64,000 nt of DNA from Mustelus asterias (taxonomy: Eukaryota). Below the pieces are notes generated by a model. That model saw only the letters and a program-made list of their open reading frames with translations, did no database searches and had not been told where the DNA came from. A program made the position numbers and the translations under genes. Shown in pieces: positions 60,860 through 64,000 of the stretch. The stretch lies in NCBI RefSeq assembly GCF_964213995.1, contig NW_027590175.1, forward strand, positions 496,001 through 560,000, in the 5' to 3' direction. Every line of letters begins with the position of its first letter. The first letter of the stretch is position 1.

Positions 60860-63800
60860 AGAACATAGAACATAGAACATTAGAGCGCAGTACAGGCTCT
60901 TCGGCCCTCGATGTTGCGCCGACCAGTGGAACCAATCTAAAGCCTATCTAATCTATACGCTTCCAATATCATTTGCCACTCAAGTGGATAGAGCGGTGAA
61001 GAATGCCTATAGTGTGTTAGCTTTTATTAACGGGGGTTGGAGTTTAAGAGCCGTGGGGTTATGCTGCAACTGTACAGGACCTTGGTGAGGCCACATTTGG
61101 AATATTGTGTGCAGTTCTCGTCACCTCACTATAAGAAGGATGTGGAAGCGCTGGAAAGAGTGCAGAGGAGATTTACCAGGATGCTGCCTGGTTTGGAGGG
61201 TAGGTCTTATGAGGAAAGGTTGAGGGAGCTAGGGCTGTTCTCTCTGGAGCGGAGGAGGTTGAGGGGAAACTTAATAGAGGTTTATAAAATGATGAAGGGG
61301 ATAGATAGAGTGAACGTTCAAAGACTATTTCCTCGGGTGGATGGAGCTATTACAAGGGGGCATAACTATAGGGTTCCTGGTGGGAGATATAGGAAGGATA
61401 TCAGAGGTAGGTGTTTTACGCAGAGAGTGGTTGGGTGTGGAATGGACTGCCTGCAGTGATAGTGGAGTCAGACACTTTAGGAACATTTAAGTGGTATTGG
61501 ATAGGCACATGGAGCACACCAGGATGATAGGGAGTGGGATAGCTTGATCTTGGTTTCAGATAAAGCTCGGCACAACATCGTGGGCCAAAGGGCCTGTTCT
61601 GTGCTGTACTGTTCTATGTTCTATGTTCTATCCATATGTTTATCCAATAACCGTTTGAATGCTCTTAATGTTGACGAGTTCAGTACTGCTGCAGGCAATG
61701 CATTCCACGCCCTTACTACTCTCTGAGTAAAGAACCTACCTCTAATATCTGTCCTATTTCTCTCACCCCTCAATTTAAGGCTATGTCCTTTCTTGCTAGC
61801 TAACACCATCCGAGGAAAAAGGCTCTCACTATCCACCCTATCTAACCCTCTGATCATCTTGTATGCCTCTATTAAGTCACCTCTTAACCTTCTTCTCTCT
61901 AACGAAAACAACCTCAAGCCCGTCAGCCTTTCTTCATACGATTTTCCCACCATACCAGGCAACATCCTGGTAATTCTCCTCTGCACCCTTTCCAACACTT
62001 CCCCATCTTTCCTATAATATGGATATCAGAACTGTATGCAATACTCCAGATGCGGCCGCACCAAAGTTTTGTACAGTTGCAGCATGACCTCCTGGCTCCG
62101 AAACTCAATCCCTCTACCAATAAAAGCTAACACACCATACACCTCCTTAACAACCCTATCAACCTGGGTGCCAACTTTCAGGGATCTATGCACATGGACA
62201 CCCAGATCTCTCTGTTCATCCACACTACCAAGTATCTCACCATTATCCCAGTACTCTGTATTCCTGTTACTCCTTCCAAAGTGAATCACCTCACACCTTT
62301 CCGCATTAAACTCCATTTGCCACCTGTCAGCCCAGCCCTGCAGCTTATCTATGTCCCTCTGTACCCTGCCACTTCCCTCCGCACTGTCTACAACTCCACC
62401 GACTTTAGTGTCATCCGCAAATTTACTAATCCATCCTTCAACGCCCTCATCCAGGTCATTAAGAAAAATGACAAACAGCAGTGGCCCCAAAACAGATCCT
62501 TGTGGTACACCACTAGTAACTGAACTCCAGGATGAAAATTTCCCACCCTCTGTTTTCTTACAGCTAGCCAATTCCTGATCCAAACCACTAAATCACCCTC
62601 AATCCCATGTGTCCGTATTTTCTGCAAAAGCTTACCATGGGGAACCTTATCAAACGCTTTGCTGAAATCCATATACACCACATCAACCGCTTTATCCTCA
62701 TCCACCTCTTTGGTCACCTTCTCAAAGAACTCAACAAGGTTTGTGAGGCACGACCTACCCTTCACAAAACCAAAATCAAAATCAAATTATTCCTTTCCAG
62801 GTAATTATAAATCCTTTCTCTTGTATTCCTTTCCAATACTTTCCCCACAACAGAAGTAAGGCTCACCGGTCTATAATTACCAGGGTTGTCCCTACTCCCC
62901 TTCTTGAACAAGGATACAACATTTGCTATCCTCCAGTCTTCTGGAACTGTTCCTGTAGACAATGACGATGCAAAGATCAAAGCCAAAGGCTCTGCAATCT
63001 CCTCTCTAGCATCCCAGAGAATTCTAGGATAAATCCCATCCGGCAGAGGGGACTTATCTATTTTTACCCTTTCCAGAATTGCTAACACCTCCTCCTTATG
63101 AACATCAATCCCATTCAGTCCAACAGCCTGCATCTCAGTACTCCCCTCGACAACACTGTCCCTCTCCAGTGTGAACACCGGCGAAAAATATTCTTTTAGT
63201 GCCTCTCCTATCTCTTCAGACTCCGCGTACAACTTCCCACTGCTGTCCTTGACTGGCCCTAATCTTCCCCTTGTCATTCTTTTACTCCTGACATACCTAT
63301 AGAAAGCTTGAGGGTTTTCCTTGATCCTACCTGCCAAGGACTTCTCATGTCCCCTCCTGGCTCATCTTAACTCTTCCTGTACGTCCTTCCTGGCTAACCT
63401 GTAACCCTCAAGTGCCCTAACTGAGCCTTCACGTCTCATCTGAACATAAGTCTCCTTCTTCCTCTTGACAAGAGATTCAACCTCCTTAGTAAACCAAGGT
63501 TCCCTCACACGTCTGCTTCCTCCCTGCCTGACAGGTACATATTTATCAAGGACGTGTAGTAGCTGTTCCTTGAACAAGTTCCACATGACAATTGTGCCCA
63601 TCCCCTGCAGTTTCCTTCCCCAACCTATGCCAGCTGAATCTCGCCTAATCGCATCATAATTTCCTTACCCCCCTGCTCTAACTCTTGCCCTTTGGTATAT
63701 ACCTATCCTTTTCCATTGCTAAGGTAAACGTAATCGAATTGTGTTCACTGTCACCAAAGTGCGTACTTACCTCCAAATCTAACACCTGGCCTGGTTCATT

Positions 63801-64000
63801 ACCCAGTACCAAATCCAATGTGGCCTCGCCTCTTGTTGGTCTATCTACATACTGCGTCAGGAAGCCTTCCTGCTCACATTGGACAAAAACCGACCCCTCT
63901 AAAGTACTCGAACTATAGTTTTCCAGTCAATATTTGTAAAGTTAAAGTCCCCCAGTACAACAACCTGTTACTTTCGCTCCGATCCAGAATCATCTTTGCA
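60860..64000 (-). mobile_element. Long CR1 LINE running off the window, with a plus-strand CR1 (60973-61628) nested in its 3' end
   Basis: Host reads ttccaatatcat | atccatatgttt as in the 16101 copy; RT motifs in several frames. Confidence 0.95.

Overview
Eukaryotic genomic DNA, almost certainly from a shark (HE1/V-SINE-type SINEs, many CR1 LINE subfamilies, shark-type Penelope termini, GPR139-like GPCR). Most ORFs in the track are CR1 or other retroelement fragments. The non-repeat scaffold is a decaying, segmentally duplicated Pol III tRNA gene cluster. A few tRNA genes are near-intact: Thr-AGT, intron-containing Pro-AGG, intron-containing Ile-TAT, Asn-GTT, Glu-CTC, and a fully paired tRNA-Gln body with a TTA (ochre) anticodon. 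They sit among roughly 25 pseudo-tRNAs, including a 6-unit tandem array of tRNA-Val pseudogenes. Interleaved with the tRNAs are three germline T-cell-receptor alpha/delta-type V segments with 23-type RSSs, all carrying defects. There is also the intact main exon of a GPR139-like receptor. Other elements are a Buster/Charlie-type hAT transposon split by a CR1, Penelope fragments with minimal hammerhead ribozymes, a 146-bp-arm fold-back palindrome just upstream of tRNA-Thr, a SINE-derived 59-bp minisatellite and a 1.4-kb G-rich repeat. Coordinates were read by eye; repeat boundaries are approximate.
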